Source: Desulfatiglandales bacterium (GTDB lineage Bacteria; Desulfobacterota; DSM-4660; Desulfatiglandales; Desulfatiglandaceae). From it: 64,000 nt of DNA. Location: positions 1,728,001 to 1,792,000 of the forward strand of contig OY762721.1 of assembly GCA_963666345.1 (NCBI GenBank), in the 5' to 3' direction. The position numbers and the translations under genes are program-made. Position 1 is the stretch's first letter. Each line of letters opens with the position of its first letter. Under the pieces are notes generated by a model. That model searched no databases, was not told the DNA's origin, and saw only the letters and a list, made by a program, of their open reading frames with translations. Below, piece by piece: positions 48,909 through 58,572 of this stretch.

Positions 48909-49409
48909 TCAGGCTACCAGCTTAAATTTTCCCTTTACCGCCCCGCAGACAGGACAATTGTCAGGGGCCTCATCCTCGCTCACATAACCGCAGACCTGGC
49001 ATACGTAATAATCGGTGTGACGATCGGAGAGCATGTCGTTCATGGCCTTTTTATAAAGCCGGGCATGACGGTCTTCCACATCCCGGGACTGGGAAAAGGC
49101 CTTTACAATTTTTTCCTTTCCTTCATCAGCCGCGTCTTTGATCAGTCTGGGGTACTCCTCCACGTTTGCCTTTATCTCATTTTCAAAGGCCCTCTTCACG
49201 TTTTCCTCGGTCGACCCAATCTTTCCGCGCATCTGCAGGAGATATCTTCTGGCATGGACCGATTCCGCATCTGAAATGGCGCGAAAAAGGCGTGCTATCC
49301 GGGCGTATCCTTCAGAATCGGCCTTCATTGCAAAGGCCTCGTTCCGGACGGCGGCCTTGGATTCGGCGGCAAACGCGTAGGCAAGGTTTTTTTCCGTTTT
49401 GTCAGCCAT
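48909..49409 (-). CDS. rbr: Rubrerythrin
   Basis: AFAAES, E..HA, E...EYP, E.RH; C-terminal CQVCGY...CPVC. Confidence 0.9.
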   Translation of the reverse strand: MADKTEKNLAYAFAAESKAAVRNEAFAMKADSEGYARIARLFRAISDAESVHARRYLLQMRGKIGSTEENVKRAFENEIKANVEEYPRLIKDAADEGKEKIVKAFSQSRDVEDRHARLYKKAMNDMLSDRHTDYYVCQVCGYVSEDEAPDNCPVCGAVKGKFKLVA

Positions 49410-49433
49410 GGCTTTGACCCCCTGTTTTTTTTA

Positions 49434-49551
49434 GTGCTCGTCCATAAATCTTGATTTATGGACTCATGCCATAAGCAATCAGTGCACCAAAAAAATGGCG
49501 CACAAGCCTTCAGCAGTCAGTAAAACACTTAAGATATCAATTTGTTGGCTA
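49434..49551. mobile_element. MITE-like element, family B (partial)
   Basis: GTGCTCGTCCATAAATCTTGATTTATGGAC...CAGCAGTCAGTAAAAC...TCAATTTGTTGGCTA, reverse-complement match to part of 34798-34950. Confidence 0.7.
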
Positions 49552-49626
49552 TTTACCCATACCCGAGCCTGCCCGCCAATAGATAAGGTTCTCCACCAGG
49601 GCAAGCCCTGATGGAGCAGGCCCCCC

Positions 49627-50427
49627 TTAGTACACGCAAAGCTCGGAAACAACCTCCTTGACGCCTTTCACAGCCTCAAGCACCGATTTGATCGCCTCTG
49701 ATTCATCTACTGTGCCTGCAAGCCCGCTTATAAAGACCTTGCCCTGTTCGGGCACCTCTATAAAAAGCAGATTTATATTGAAACCTTTTTCCATGAGGGC
49801 AGCCTTGGCCTTCTTTTTAAGGGACAGCCTGGCCATCGCATCCAGTGAATCCAGCCCGCAGTCGGAGACACGTTCCCTCACCATTGTTATTATCAGGCTG
49901 GCGGCATAGTCCCCTCCCAGCTTGTCGGTGTTGATCACCAGATCGTAAAGCGAAGAATCCTTCCAGTCCAGCTGGTAGGTATTCCTCATAAATTCGTCCC
50001 GTTCCCGGTCCGCTTTTTCTACTATTTTTTTCGCTTTCTGTTCACTCATGCCGGTTCTATCCGCAATCCGATTGATCCTGGTTGCCTCGGAGCAGCTGCA
50101 GAGCACATGAAACGCGCAGTCAAAGTCATGCAGGAGCACCTGGCTCGCATGCCCGACTATCACCGCTGAACCGCGGTTTGCCATGTCATAGACCAGCGAT
50201 TCCATCAGTTCACGAAACCGTTCAGGTTTGTGACTCAGGAGACGATCGAAAAACCCGGCCCGTTTTTCATCCAGATGTGCCATCTCATCGCCCGAAATAC
50301 CGATTTTGACCGCCTCATCCCTGAAGCGCTCATCATCGTAAAGTTCAAAATCAAGGGCCTCGGCGACCTTGTGCCCGATCATCGCCGCGCCGCTCCCGAT
50401 GGTCCGGGATATTGTAATTAACGACAT
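49627..50427 (-). CDS. Cytidylate kinase-like family protein with C-terminal BON-like domain
   Basis: ITISR..GSG, VIVGH, D.ER, YDLVINT; C-terminal V.GV.EV. Confidence 0.8.
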   Translation of the reverse strand: MSLITISRTIGSGAAMIGHKVAEALDFELYDDERFRDEAVKIGISGDEMAHLDEKRAGFFDRLLSHKPERFRELMESLVYDMANRGSAVIVGHASQVLLHDFDCAFHVLCSCSEATRINRIADRTGMSEQKAKKIVEKADRERDEFMRNTYQLDWKDSSLYDLVINTDKLGGDYAASLIITMVRERVSDCGLDSLDAMARLSLKKKAKAALMEKGFNINLLFIEVPEQGKVFISGLAGTVDESEAIKSVLEAVKGVKEVVSELCVY

Positions 50428-50679
50428 ACTATTTATCCTCCTTAAGGATTGAATTTATCTGAAACATCTCCGATGACCTATTAACGGAAATTTAAACATA
50501 CAGCAAAACCTCTCCGAAACTCAACAGATTTTGGGTGTCAAACAGGGCAACTGGGGTCACCCATCCAGGTCTGACTTTGACCTATGCTTGAAATTAATGT
50601 AAGTTACCGCAGCATTAAACCCGTTACAGTTCGATAAACGGTATCATCCAAAGGGGCACGGATAGAAACTTCAAAAACA

Positions 50680-51001
50680 GGTTCTTCTCCAACCTAGTTG
50701 GTGAAGAGGGTCCAAGGACCCAAGGAGCCAAGGGTTCAAAAGTTTGTTTTCTATGGGCTTTACCAGCATTTTTAACAATTTTTTGATCTCTGTGTACCTT
50801 ATGTTATTTGAGGATTTTTCATTTATTCCATATACCTGAAAAGAGTTCGCAGGATTTCTGCAACAGCTTTAAATCTTTGTAATGCTTTAGCGTATCCGCC
50901 GTTTCAATGGAGCACTTGAATCCTATGAGCTCTCAGCCGCTTAAATAAGAAGAATTTCTTTATTTAACCCTGTTTAACGCCAACTAATCGGGAGATGATC
51001 C
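50680..51001. mobile_element. MITE-like element, family A, with perfect 8-bp TSD and decayed four-helix-bundle gene
   Basis: CAAAAACA at 50672-50679 and 51002-51009; minus-strand relics LKHYKDLKLLQKSCEL and EIKKLLKMLVKPIENKLLNP. Confidence 0.85.
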
Positions 51002-51051
51002 CAAAAACATAACAAAGCGTAAAGTGCGGCCTGGCCGTAAGATCTTGAATC

Positions 51052-51594
51052 ATGACGGATAAAGACCGGGAAAAATGGGACTCACGATACCTGAAGGAGA
51101 TGGGCGCCTCCGAGGCCTCCCAGATTCTGAAGGCCTTTTTCGGTCTTGCGCCCTGCGGCAACGCCCTGGACATCGCCTGCGGAAACGGGAGAAACAGCCT
51201 TTTTCTTGCCTCAAAAGGCTTTACCGTGGATGCGGTGGATGTATCTAAAGTGGCAACCGCTCATCTGAAGGGAAAAGATCCCAAAATAAATGTCATGCGC
51301 CGGGACATGGATACCTGGATAATCCCGCAAAACCGCTATGAGCTTGTTGTAAACATCCGTTTTCTGGACAGGCGCCTGTTTCCGATGATCAAGGAGGGAC
51401 TTAGAACAGGAGGTGTCCTGATTTTTGAATCATTTATCGGCGGGAAAAAGGATAAATATCGTCTCAGGCAGAACGAACTGATTCACGCCTTTCAGCCACT
51501 TCGCATAGTCTATTACGAAGAAAAAGAATCAGATCACGACAGGTTCGATCAAACAGCCTCACTTGTTGCCGTTAAAACGGACCCGGCCGTTTGA
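51052..51594 (+). CDS. Class I SAM-dependent methyltransferase (TehB-like)
   Basis: ALDIACGNGRN, VDAVDVS, L..GGVLIFE. Confidence 0.88.
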   Translation: MTDKDREKWDSRYLKEMGASEASQILKAFFGLAPCGNALDIACGNGRNSLFLASKGFTVDAVDVSKVATAHLKGKDPKINVMRRDMDTWIIPQNRYELVVNIRFLDRRLFPMIKEGLRTGGVLIFESFIGGKKDKYRLRQNELIHAFQPLRIVYYEEKESDHDRFDQTASLVAVKTDPAV

Positions 51595-52113
51595 CCTCTG
51601 TTTCTTTTTTGCGGACCCGGCATAATAGTTTTTCAGGGAAGTGGGGTCGTTACCTTTTTCACGCAGCCGGATGCCCCCCTTTTCAAGGGTAATGAGCCTT
51701 TTTTTATACAGTCTGCCCACTGCGTTTTTGAATGTCTTTTTGCTTATGCCGAAAAGATCGGCGATTACCTTTGGCCGGCTTTTATCGGTGACCGCGATAA
51801 ACCCGCCCATCTGCCGCAGTTTGTCCATGATTTTCCTGGACTCGGAATAAATTGCCTTATAGCCCGGCTTCTGCAGGCAGAGGTCTATCTTTTTATCGTC
51901 GCGGATATTTTTGATAAACCCGTCGATTTCCCGGCCGATTTCAAGCGGCTGAAACACCTCGTTATTATACAGGACACCTTTGTGCGTGCCGTTTATGACG
52001 GCGATAAACCCCATCCTGGTTTTATCGGAGATAAGAAGCGCTACCTTCTGGCCCGCATGAAAATCCGCCTCTTCTTTTTGCTCCCCGACTTTTTTATGGG
52101 TATTTGTTACCAT
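51559..52113 (-). CDS. cvfB: Short CvfB/YitL-like protein (S1 plus winged helix)
   Basis: GVLYNNEVFQ, FIKNIRDDKKIDL, DKS.P..I...FGISKKTFK.AVG.LYK; N-terminal S1 repeats absent. Confidence 0.75.
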   Translation of the reverse strand: MVTNTHKKVGEQKEEADFHAGQKVALLISDKTRMGFIAVINGTHKGVLYNNEVFQPLEIGREIDGFIKNIRDDKKIDLCLQKPGYKAIYSESRKIMDKLRQMGGFIAVTDKSRPKVIADLFGISKKTFKNAVGRLYKKRLITLEKGGIRLREKGNDPTSLKNYYAGSAKKKQRSNGRVRFNGNK

Positions 52114-52374
52114 CGCATTTCTCCGGCGATTGGTGCCGGCCGGTGCCTGCTTACCGCTCCTCTGTTGACCCGGTCGGGTCTTTCTCATCTTCATCGGTTT
52201 AAACCGCCTTATTTACCGGCCTTGGCCGCCTTTTATCTCTTTCTTCTATTTCCTGAACCGGCATCGTCTGCCACGACCTTCGCTTCCCGTTAAATTCCGG
52301 GACCTGTAAAATCTCTGAATAACAGTGGATGAATCCCATCCGCCCCATGTAGGCCCTCATGGGGATGGATCATT

Positions 52375-52410
52375 AAAAAAGGCATCCCCCGTTTAACAGG
52401 TGATGCCTTT
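52375..52410 (-). terminator. Intrinsic terminator of cspA
   Basis: Minus strand GGCATC...GATGCC followed by T6. Confidence 0.7.
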
Positions 52411-52429
52411 GATTGTCCCAAAAAGCAGT

Positions 52430-52630
52430 TTAGATAACGGTCACATTGGCTGCAGAAGGACCCTTAGGTCCCTGCTGGATGTCAAAGCTAACTCGCTCAC
52501 CTTCGCTGAGGGATTTAAAACCGTTCGCATTGATTGCGCTGTGATGCACAAACACATCCGGTCCGTCTTCCTGTTCAATGAATCCGAAACCTTTTTGATC
52601 ATTAAACCACTTTACAGTTCCATTTGGCAT
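52430..52630 (-). CDS. cspA: Cold-shock protein
   Basis: [25 protein letters not shown]. Confidence 0.96.
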   Translation of the reverse strand: MPNGTVKWFNDQKGFGFIEQEDGPDVFVHHSAINANGFKSLSEGERVSFDIQQGPKGPSAANVTVI

Positions 52631-53098
52631 GATATCATCCTCCTTTCGATAAATTTCAATGTTACAGACTGAAGGATGATAACGTTTAAAAACTTATAAT
52701 CCAAGCAGAAAGAACCCCGCCCGCCGATTTCCGGCAGGACTTGTTTGATACCATACTTTAAGCACCTTTACGGTAATAGCAAGCCGGATATTCATTTTTT
52801 CTGCAACAAACAGTAAATGTGAAGGAATAAAAACAGATGGACACCCAGGTTTCCATCAGGAAACGGCCTGTTATCCATAAATTCTGACAATGGATTCAGG
52901 GCCGCAGGATCTGATCGGGGGAAACAGGGTTCAGGGGGTCACGAAACAGGACGTGCCGTCACGCAGGTCTTTTACCCTTTTTCTTAAACGCGCTTCCTCC
53001 AGGTAGGCCTTCTGGATCTTTTTGTTCGTCTTAAGCTCCGAGGCGGGCACTTAAACAATGAAGGCATTCCCTCTTACTATTGTCTTTGATGCGGCCGC

Positions 53099-54574
53099 AT
53101 GTTAACTTCCAGGGAGACGATTCAAAAACATCTTACAGGCGGTCTGGAAAAGAAGAGGCATGACGTGGACAGGATCAAAGATGTCCGGGACAAGGTAAGG
53201 AAGACACTTTCGGAGTACCGCATGATCCGTACCGGCGACAAGGTTGTGGTGGCCGTGTCGGGCGGACCCGATTCCGTATGCCTTATCCACATCCTGAACG
53301 AACTCAAAGGGGAATTCCAGATAGAGCTTGCGGTCGCCCATTTTGATCATGGATTGAGGCCTGAACAGGATAAATCAGAGACCCTGTTTGTAAAGGCGCT
53401 TGCAGAAAAACTGGGGCTCCCTTTTGATACTTCGAAAGCAGGCGACGCGCTTTCAAATAAAGACAATTCCCTTGAAGAGCGGGCAAGGGATGAAAGGTAT
53501 AAATTTCTTGAACTTACCAGGGCCGGCCGCTCGGCCCAGAAGATAGCCCTCGGTCACAACCTGAACGACCAGGCCGAGACCGTCCTTATGAGGCTTTTGA
53601 GAGGGAGCGGGCCTGCCGGTCTCGCAGGTATCCCTCCTGTAAGGGACGGGGTGATCATCAGACCGCTCATCGAAATTACCAGGCAGGAGATAGAGGAATA
53701 TCTCCTGGTCAGGGGAATCGAATCGGCAACTGATCCCTCCAACCGGGATACCAGATTTTTGAGGAACAGGATCCGCCACCGGCTCCTGCCGCTTCTTACC
53801 ACCTTTCAGCCTCGCATAGTTGAGATCCTGGGGAACAGCTCAAGGATAATAAGGGAAGACGACCTGTTTATGGAGTCGATAGCGGAAAAATGGGTAAAAG
53901 AAAACTCGACTGAAAAATCGCGAACCATCCTTTTCCCCCTTGCCCCTTACAGGGATCTGGCCGGCGCTCTTCAGCGCCGAATAGCCCGATCCTGCCTCAA
54001 AAGGCTTTGCAGCGGAAACCTTCGCAGGATAGACTCGGCGCACCTTGAATCGGTCAGGCGGATGGCATTGGGCCAAAGGCCGCAGGCGGCCTTGTCCCTG
54101 CCGAAGGGAATTACCGTCAGCAGGGTCTACGACACGATCCTTTTCAGAAGCAACATGGATGAGGCGGATCAGGGCCTTCAGGTCGTCATTGACGGAGAAG
54201 GAACATTTTCAATCGGTTCCGAAGGCTGGTCACTTTCCATTAAGGAGGTCGAAAAGGCGGATTATTCCCCTTCGGGACAGAGGGACGATGTCGAATATAT
54301 TAATGGAGACCTGATCAGGTTTCCCCTGCTGCTGAGAAATATCAGGCCTGGTGACAGGATAATTCCTTTGGGCATGAAGGGGCGAAAAAAGATAAAGGAC
54401 CTCTTTATCGATCTCAAGATTCCTTCCCTGAAAAGGTCTCGGACACCTGTCCTTTTCTCAAAGGACAGGGCCGTATGGGTCTGCGGCATAAGGCTGGATG
54501 ACCGTTTCAAGGTCACATCAGGCACCAAAAAGGTGTTTAAGCTCAGATACGGCGGGCCCTGTCACAAGGATTGA
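53099..54574 (+). CDS. tilS: tRNA(Ile)-lysidine synthetase
   Basis: SGGPDS, HFDHGLR, GHNLNDQAET, DPSN, RNRIR; start uncertain. Confidence 0.95.
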   Translation: MLTSRETIQKHLTGGLEKKRHDVDRIKDVRDKVRKTLSEYRMIRTGDKVVVAVSGGPDSVCLIHILNELKGEFQIELAVAHFDHGLRPEQDKSETLFVKALAEKLGLPFDTSKAGDALSNKDNSLEERARDERYKFLELTRAGRSAQKIALGHNLNDQAETVLMRLLRGSGPAGLAGIPPVRDGVIIRPLIEITRQEIEEYLLVRGIESATDPSNRDTRFLRNRIRHRLLPLLTTFQPRIVEILGNSSRIIREDDLFMESIAEKWVKENSTEKSRTILFPLAPYRDLAGALQRRIARSCLKRLCSGNLRRIDSAHLESVRRMALGQRPQAALSLPKGITVSRVYDTILFRSNMDEADQGLQVVIDGEGTFSIGSEGWSLSIKEVEKADYSPSGQRDDVEYINGDLIRFPLLLRNIRPGDRIIPLGMKGRKKIKDLFIDLKIPSLKRSRTPVLFSKDRAVWVCGIRLDDRFKVTSGTKKVFKLRYGGPCHKD

Positions 54575-54582
54575 TCACGCAA

Positions 54583-55626
54583 TCAGCCTTTTTCACCAAG
54601 GAGTTTCCTGATGCCCCGGCCGTAGGGGGGCCTGACGATTCCCCTCTCGGTTATTATGGCGGAGACATATCTTGAAGGGGTTATGTCAAAGGCGGGGTTG
54701 ATTGCCCTGACCCCCTCCGGTCCAAGGAGTCTTCTCCCGATCCTTGATATCTCCTCCGGGGCCCTCTCCTCAACAGGGATAAGATCCCCGTTTTCCGTCA
54801 TGGGGTCGATCGTAGATACGGGCGCTGCAACATAAAAGGGGACATTATTTTCATGGGCCAGCACCGCGACCTGGTATGTGCCGATCTTGTTTGCCACATC
54901 ACCGTTTAAAGCGATCCTGTCCGCCCCTGTAACAACCAGGTCTATCTTTTTCCGGCGCATCAGAAAACCGGCCGCATTATCCGCTATCACGGACACGGGG
55001 ATCCCCTCTTCCATCATCTCGAAGGCCGTCAGTCTGAGACCCTGGAGCCAGGGCCTTGTCTCATCGGCTATTACGGCTATGTCCTTCCCTGCTTCACTGG
55101 CGGCCCTTATGACGCCGAGCGCGGTCCCGTAGCCCCCGGTTGCAAGAGAGCCCGCATTGCAATGGGTCAATATGGTTGCCTTCTCAGGCACAAGTGCCTG
55201 CCCGATCTTTCCCATCTCCCTGTTGATGCCTATGTCCTGCTCAAGCATCAACTCCGATTCCCTTCTTAAGGAGGCCGCAAGCTCATCGACCGGAACACCC
55301 GCCATATCCCGGGCAAGCCTGTTCATTCTTTCCACGGCCCACCTGAGGTTTACGGCAGTGGGCCTTGCCTCGATCATCTGCCTGCCCATTTTTTCGAACC
55401 TCATCATGAATTTGTCATGGGATACCGTCCCTATGACCCTGGCGCCCAGGGCAAGGCCCATTGCCGCGGCAACTCCGATGGCGGGCGCCCCCCTGATCAC
55501 CATTTTTTTTATCGCGGCTATGACGTCCCCGTATCCCCTGCAGTCATACCATCTGACAGTATTGGGCAGGACCCTCTGGTCTATCATCCTTACGATATTA
55601 CCGTGCCATTTTATGGTTGGGACCAT
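54583..55626 (-). CDS. mtnA: S-methyl-5-thioribose-1-phosphate isomerase
   Basis: RGAPAIG, RPTAVNL, THCNAG.LATGGYGTALG, ETRP.LQG, NPAFDITP. Confidence 0.95.
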   Translation of the reverse strand: MVPTIKWHGNIVRMIDQRVLPNTVRWYDCRGYGDVIAAIKKMVIRGAPAIGVAAAMGLALGARVIGTVSHDKFMMRFEKMGRQMIEARPTAVNLRWAVERMNRLARDMAGVPVDELAASLRRESELMLEQDIGINREMGKIGQALVPEKATILTHCNAGSLATGGYGTALGVIRAASEAGKDIAVIADETRPWLQGLRLTAFEMMEEGIPVSVIADNAAGFLMRRKKIDLVVTGADRIALNGDVANKIGTYQVAVLAHENNVPFYVAAPVSTIDPMTENGDLIPVEERAPEEISRIGRRLLGPEGVRAINPAFDITPSRYVSAIITERGIVRPPYGRGIRKLLGEKG

Positions 55627-55888
55627 ATTATCCCCTCTTTGCGTCAGCTTGCCGGGCCTGGGATGTTGTCGGATTTTCACAAGGCATTCAAACGCCAGCA
55701 TAGCCCCTGATCTATTAAGGTGGAGGTGGGCGGATCCTGCGGGAAAATCCGTTTGCCCACGGCAGGCGGGCGTCTTTTAAAAAGCAGGGTGCCGAGGGAT
55801 CAGGTGAACAGAGGCACAAAAAGGTCATGCCCTTCCACTTGAATCCTCAAACCCTGGAGCAAATATCCTGAAGATAACCCTTAGCACA

Positions 55889-56962
55889 CTAATCGATACG
55901 TTCCATCCAGCCGCGTGAGTCATCCTTGTATCCATACTGGATGCCCACGATTTCGTCATAGAGTCTCTGGGAAAGTTCGCCCCTGTTTCCGCCTGCCACC
56001 ATGTAATCATTGCCCTTGTAGGTTATCTGGCCCACAGGAGATATGACCGCGGCCGTTCCCGTGCCGAATGCCTCTTTGAGCGTACCCTTTTCAGATGCCT
56101 CGACAACCTCGTCAATGGAAAGAAAACGTTCGGAGACCTTGAATCCCCAGTCGCTTACTATCTGCATGACCGAATCTCTTGTGACACCGGGCAGGATGCT
56201 TCCTGAAAGCGGGGCCGTGATTACTTCATCGCCTATGACGAAAAACATGTTCATGGTCCCCACCTCTTCGATATATCTGTGCTCGGCCGCATCCAGCCAC
56301 AGGACCTGGGTAAAGCCTTTCTCCTTCGCCTTTTCAGCGGCAAAAAGGCTTGCCGCGTAATTCCCGGCGGCCTTGGCCTCACCGGTCCCACCCTTGGGAG
56401 CCCTGACATGGAAATCTTCCACATATATCTTTACCGGGTTAAGTCCTTCCTTGTAGTAGGCCCCTACCGGTCCCAGTATGATAAAGAACAGGTAGTTATT
56501 TGAAGGCCGGACACCCAGGTGGGGTTCAGTGGCAATCATCGTGGGCCGGATATAAAGGGAGGTCCCCTCCGATCCGGGAATCCACTGCCTGTCAAGAAGT
56601 ATCAGCTTTTTCATCCCCTCCATAGCCAGGTCTATCTCAACCTCCGGCATACAGAGCCTTTTGGCGGACTGGTTGAGCCTCTCGAAGTTTTTTCTCGCCC
56701 TGAAAAGATGGACCCCGCCGTCTTTTCCGGCATACGCCTTCAGACCTTCAAATATCTCCTGACCGTAATGAATCGCCATGGCGGCCGGATCAAGGGACAG
56801 ATTCGCGTATGGCGCGATCCTGGGATCGAGCCACCCCTTTCCCGCCTCATAGTCCATCATGAACATATGATCCGTGGTTATATCTCCGAAACCCAGCCGG
56901 GATTCATCCTCCGGCTTGGGCTTCATCTGTTCAGGTTCGATTTCCTTGACTTTGATTTCCAT
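55889..56962 (-). CDS. ilvE: Branched-chain amino-acid aminotransferase
   Basis: FGD..TDHM, HYGQEIFEGLKAY, LYIRP, KAAGNY, EEVGTMN, GTGTAAVISP. Confidence 0.95.
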   Translation of the reverse strand: MEIKVKEIEPEQMKPKPEDESRLGFGDITTDHMFMMDYEAGKGWLDPRIAPYANLSLDPAAMAIHYGQEIFEGLKAYAGKDGGVHLFRARKNFERLNQSAKRLCMPEVEIDLAMEGMKKLILLDRQWIPGSEGTSLYIRPTMIATEPHLGVRPSNNYLFFIILGPVGAYYKEGLNPVKIYVEDFHVRAPKGGTGEAKAAGNYAASLFAAEKAKEKGFTQVLWLDAAEHRYIEEVGTMNMFFVIGDEVITAPLSGSILPGVTRDSVMQIVSDWGFKVSERFLSIDEVVEASEKGTLKEAFGTGTAAVISPVGQITYKGNDYMVAGGNRGELSQRLYDEIVGIQYGYKDDSRGWMERID

Positions 56963-57372
56963 AGATTTCTCCTTTTTATGGTAATAATGTGATATTTCAT
57001 AGCACAAGCCGGACCTAAAGACAATACGGCCGATGCCGGTTCCACCATCGGGGCATGATCCCCGCCTCAGCGGCATTGTATCAAGTCCATTGATCTTCGT
57101 ATCAGGTCCGAATTAAGTGGAGGATTTTGATGTCACGCAACCATTATTGTCCATAAAAATCCGATATACCGCGAATCAAAGGCAACTATATTTTTCGTTG
57201 ACAAAATAAGGCCTCTTAGATTATTAGTTTGTTAATAAACTCAAAGGCTTTGGCACAGGGCCTTATCAGCGTCCTTTGAGTAACAGCGGCCGGTACCGGC
57301 CGTATGCGCGACCTTTTTTATTACCATATAATAAGGTTTATAATCAATAACCTCATAATAACTGATGAGGCC

Positions 57373-58005
57373 ATGAATAAATTATTTTCAAATTCCATTT
57401 CCATCTCTGTTTTTTCCCTGCTTATTATATTGTCCTGCTGGTCAACCGCCCTTGCCCAGGAGCCTAAAAAGATCCTCAGTATCGAGGCCTTTGACATGCT
57501 CAATACGGTCCCCGATACCTACATTATGGATGTAAGGACCAGGGCCGAGTACCAGTTCGTCGGGCACCCCTTAAATGCCTATCTGTTTCCCTATATGTTC
57601 ATGACAAATGAATTCGTCAAAAAAGACGAACAGTACTCCTACAGGTATAACCTGAAAAACAAGGACTTTGTCGAACAGATCGCGAATGTGTTCAAAAAAT
57701 CCGATAACCTGCTTATAATGGGTGCCGACGGAACAAGGAGTGACCCCGCGGCTAAAGAACTTATCGAAGCGGGGTTCAAAAATGTCTATGATGTTGAGGA
57801 CGGATTTGAAGGCTCGGAATTTCCCGCCTTCAAGGACAGCAACAAACACAAATTCTATCGTCAGCTGGCTAAGAGAAATAAGATTTACGGGTTCGGACAC
57901 AGGAGGCACTATGGATGGCAATGGTGGGGCCTGCCCTGGACATATGAAATAAACCCCAAATTTATCTACCCTCCGGATCTTTCACCTCCAAAGCAGAAAA
58001 AATAG
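57373..58005 (+). CDS. Exported rhodanese-like domain protein without active-site Cys
   Basis: Signal peptide; DVRT..EY.FVGHP; LIMGADGTRS; GF.NVY....GFEG; GW...GLPW. Confidence 0.8.
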   Translation: MNKLFSNSISISVFSLLIILSCWSTALAQEPKKILSIEAFDMLNTVPDTYIMDVRTRAEYQFVGHPLNAYLFPYMFMTNEFVKKDEQYSYRYNLKNKDFVEQIANVFKKSDNLLIMGADGTRSDPAAKELIEAGFKNVYDVEDGFEGSEFPAFKDSNKHKFYRQLAKRNKIYGFGHRRHYGWQWWGLPWTYEINPKFIYPPDLSPPKQKK

Positions 58006-58178
58006 CAATGTTGGAGGCCACCCGGCCTTGTCTATGAATGAAACATGCCCGGCCTTTAAATAAAGAATCTTTTAATTCTCCTTTCGCGGTAAAGGATAAT
58101 CGCCCCGCTTAATGTTGACAAAATTGCTGCTCCGTATTAGTTTTCCTGTAAATATTGCCATGCGAAAGGAGAATTATA

Positions 58179-58502
58179 ATGGCTGACGTACTGCATGTAA
58201 CAGATGATAGCTTTGAGGAAGAGATACTGAAATCCGATATCCCGGCTGTGGTCGATTTCTGGGCGGAGTGGTGCGGCCCGTGTAAAATGGTGGGTCCGGT
58301 AGTTGAGGAGCTGGCCAAACAATACGCCGGCAAGATAAAGGTCGCTTCCATGGATGTGGATTCAAACCGACAGACACCCGGAAAATTCGGGATCAGGAAC
58401 ATTCCCACGCTTATCTTCTTCAAGAATGGCGAGGTCGCAAATACCGTGATCGGGGCACAGCCCAAGAGCGCCCTTGAAGAAGAAATTAACAAGCTCCTGT
58501 AG
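58179..58502 (+). CDS. trxA: Thioredoxin
   Basis: DFWAEWCGPCK, IPTL; AAGGAG RBS. Confidence 0.97.
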   Translation: MADVLHVTDDSFEEEILKSDIPAVVDFWAEWCGPCKMVGPVVEELAKQYAGKIKVASMDVDSNRQTPGKFGIRNIPTLIFFKNGEVANTVIGAQPKSALEEEINKLL

Positions 58503-58572
58503 AATAACCGGCTGAAGGCATTTACCAGGCGTTTTTTTGATGCAGGTTTTTGCCTTTTTTGAGGAGAGCATC

